Below are positions 62,007 through 64,000 of a DNA stretch of 64,000 nt, piece after piece. Origin of the DNA: Polyangiaceae bacterium (GTDB lineage: Bacteria; Myxococcota_A; Polyangia; Polyangiales; Polyangiaceae); the NCBI GenBank assembly GCA_035063585.1, contig JAPSGB010000018.1, forward strand, positions 21,517 through 85,516. Direction: 5' to 3'. A program made the position numbers and the translations under genes. The notes under the pieces were generated by a model. It made no database searches. It was not told the DNA's origin and saw only the letters and a program-made list of their open reading frames with translations. Numbering within the stretch: position 1 is the first letter of the stretch; every line of letters begins with the position of its first letter.

Positions 62007-62876
62007 CTAGCTCGAACGGCGGAGCGCGTCGAGGATCTCGACGGTCGCGCGTGAGCGGTTCAGCGTGTAGAAGTGGACGCCGGGCGCGCCGCCCGCGAGG
62101 AGCTCGCGGCACTGCGCGGCCGCGTGCTCGAGGCCGATGGCGCGGACGGCCGCCGGCTCGCTCGCGACGGCCTCGAGCCGCGCGAGCAGCTCGACGGGGA
62201 TACGCGCGCCGCACATGGCGGTGATGCGCTTGATCTGCGCGAGGTTCTCGATGGGCATGATCCCCGGCAAGACGGCGCGCTCGATGCCGTGCGCGCGCGC
62301 GCGGCGAACGAACTCGAAGTAGTCGCGCGCGTCGAAGAAGAGCTGGGTGATGAGGAAGTCCGCGCCGGCGTCGGCTTTCACGCGGAGGTTCGCGAGATCC
62401 GTCTCGGCGTCCGGCGCCTCCGGGTGCTTCTCCGGGTAGCAGGCCCCCGCGATGCAGAAGCTCCACCGGTCGCGGATGAAGGCGATGAGCTCCGAGGCGT
62501 GGGCGAAGCCGCCCTCGGGGCGCGTGAAGTGCGCCTCTCCGCGCGGCGGATCGCCGCGGAGCGCGAGCACGTTGTCGACGCCAGCCTCGGCGAGCTCGTC
62601 GAGCACGCCGGCGAGCTCGACACTCGAGGCGCCGGCGCAGGTGAGGTGCGCCATCGTCTCGATCTGCGCCTCGCTCCCGATGCGCTTCACGAGCTCGACC
62701 GTGAGCCGGCGAGTGCTCCCGCCCGCGCCGTAGGTCACCGAAACGAACCCGGGCGCGTAGCCGCGGAGCCGCTCGATGGTCTGGAAGAGCTGCTCGACGC
62801 CGGCGTCGTCCTTCGGCGGGAAGAATTCGAAGGAAAAGAGCGGCGCGCCGCCAGCCAGCTTGTCGGTGATCTTCAT
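62007..62876 (-). CDS. metF: 5,10-methylenetetrahydrofolate reductase
   Basis: FSFEFFPPK, SVTYGAGGS, AHLTC, LALRGDPP, YPEKHP, ITQLFFD, HFYTLN. Confidence 0.97.
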   Translation of the reverse strand: MKITDKLAGGAPLFSFEFFPPKDDAGVEQLFQTIERLRGYAPGFVSVTYGAGGSTRRLTVELVKRIGSEAQIETMAHLTCAGASSVELAGVLDELAEAGVDNVLALRGDPPRGEAHFTRPEGGFAHASELIAFIRDRWSFCIAGACYPEKHPEAPDAETDLANLRVKADAGADFLITQLFFDARDYFEFVRRARAHGIERAVLPGIMPIENLAQIKRITAMCGARIPVELLARLEAVASEPAAVRAIGLEHAAAQCRELLAGGAPGVHFYTLNRSRATVEILDALRRSS

Positions 62877-63196
62877 GAGCGGGAACAGGGGAAGCTATCA
62901 TTCGGTCCGGCTCGCGCGCAAAGCACGCTCGAACCCGAGGCCACGAGGTGGTGGGGTGCTCGAGGTGGGGGCGGCCGTCGGACCCGCGCGCAAGGCAGGT
63001 TCGAACTGGAGGCCGCGGGAGGCCCCGGGGAGGGGGCGAGCCGGCGCGGCCGGCGGCGCGGGCGGCTCGGCGGCGCGGGCGCCTCAGCGGCGCGAGCGGC
63101 TCGGCGGCGGCGCGGCGCTTGCGGCTGCCGACGCTCGAGCCGAGCTTGCCACGCTTTGCCCGCAACTCACCGGCGCGCGGCGCCGACCCATCGCGC

Positions 63197-64000
63197 ATGC
63201 CCGCTTCCGTCCGTGAGCGTTCCCCCGGCGCGGCACACCTGCCGCCGCCGCTCGATGCCGCGAGTCACGAGCCGCCCGCGACGGCGCGCGCGCGACGCGC
63301 CGTCGAGGTCCACGTCCCCCCGAGCCCCGGGCGCGCGCGGCTGGTCGCCGCGTATGCAGCCGCGACCCGGCCAGCGATGGTCGCGCCCTCCGCCGCCGAG
63401 CTCGCGGCGCGGCTCGGCCGCTACCGGGAGCGCATGAGCGGTCCGTATCAGGTGCGCGGAGCGTCGGTCGCGGTGCCCGCCGCGTTCCGCATGGTGGGCG
63501 GCATGAACCAGGCGAGCAGCCAGAAGTGCATGGCGGCGATCGCCAAGGCGCTCGGCCCCGAGGCGTTTCGCGCGGTCCGAGTCGCCGCGGCGCAGGTGAC
63601 CATGGGGAAAGGAACCCCGGAGCAGGTCCGCGCGCTCACCCAGGCGCTCATCGGCTCGCCCGCCTTCGCGGCCTACGCGAAGCTCCCGAGCGCGCAGGCC
63701 GTCCGCCACCTGATGTGGGATTTCGGCATCGGGGTGGACTGCTCGGGCTACGTGCACCACGCCTTCCTCTATTCGCGCGGCGCGGGTGATGCGGCTGCCC
63801 CGTCCGCGCGCTACGGCCTCGGCGCGGCCGAGCTCTCGGGGTTACAGTCGCTGCCCGGCCCGCACTTCCGTCGAGTATCGCCCGCGCTCGCTCGCCCCGG
63901 CGACGTCATCAAGCTGAGCCAGGGCGACGACGGCACCGGCCACAAGGTGATCGTCACCGCGCGCGACGAACTCACGGCGTCGGACCCGCGCTACGCGGCG
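63197..64000 (+). CDS. Partial hypothetical protein with NlpC/P60-like motifs (runs off the window edge)
   Basis: Open frame from ATG 63197 to the window end: GIGVDCSGYV...ARPGDVIKL...GHKVIV; start uncertain. Confidence 0.5.
   Translation, partial: MPASVRERSPGAAHLPPPLDAASHEPPATARARRAVEVHVPPSPGRARLVAAYAAATRPAMVAPSAAELAARLGRYRERMSGPYQVRGASVAVPAAFRMVGGMNQASSQKCMAAIAKALGPEAFRAVRVAAAQVTMGKGTPEQVRALTQALIGSPAFAAYAKLPSAQAVRHLMWDFGIGVDCSGYVHHAFLYSRGAGDAAAPSARYGLGAAELSGLQSLPGPHFRRVSPALARPGDVIKLSQGDDGTGHKVIVTARDELTASDPRYAA

Noticed and set aside
62877..63196. SAM/SAH/THF riboswitch upstream of metF
   Set aside because: No conserved riboswitch core recognised by eye; an Rfam scan would be needed.
263..63789. 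Many long overlapping Arg/Ala/Pro-rich ORFs in the six-frame track (e.g. 7746..9386, 10648..12762, 14792..16603, 48399..50120)
   Set aside because: Shadow ORFs expected in high-GC DNA; they overlap genes with clear family motifs.

Overview
Very GC-rich bacterial DNA. Gene content (Gly-rich/Cys-rich lipoproteins, Gld-type ABC transporter, orphan fliO-fliP) suggests a myxobacterium (Polyangiales-like); this is inference only. Housekeeping genes (lysC, pheT, pckA, clpB-like, grxC, pilD, phosphohexomutase, prmC, fhs, metF) flank a ~31-kb accessory region (13146-44123) and a satellite (52809-58113). The core is a His-Xaa-Ser-type RiPP locus: a 97-aa precursor ending in HCS-(HGS)13-W, two HxsD-like proteins and a methyltransferase. 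Around it lie 10 radical SAM genes (about 13 rSAM domains, several fused, cobalamin-type or with altered CxxxCxxC motifs), a carbamoyltransferase, a flavin-dependent halogenase, three glycosyltransferases, a nucleotide-heptose/6-deoxyheptose pathway and a possible ADP-ribosyltransferase-fold protein. No rRNA, tRNA, CRISPR array or transposase was recognised. All family calls come from reading motifs by eye; no database searches were run.
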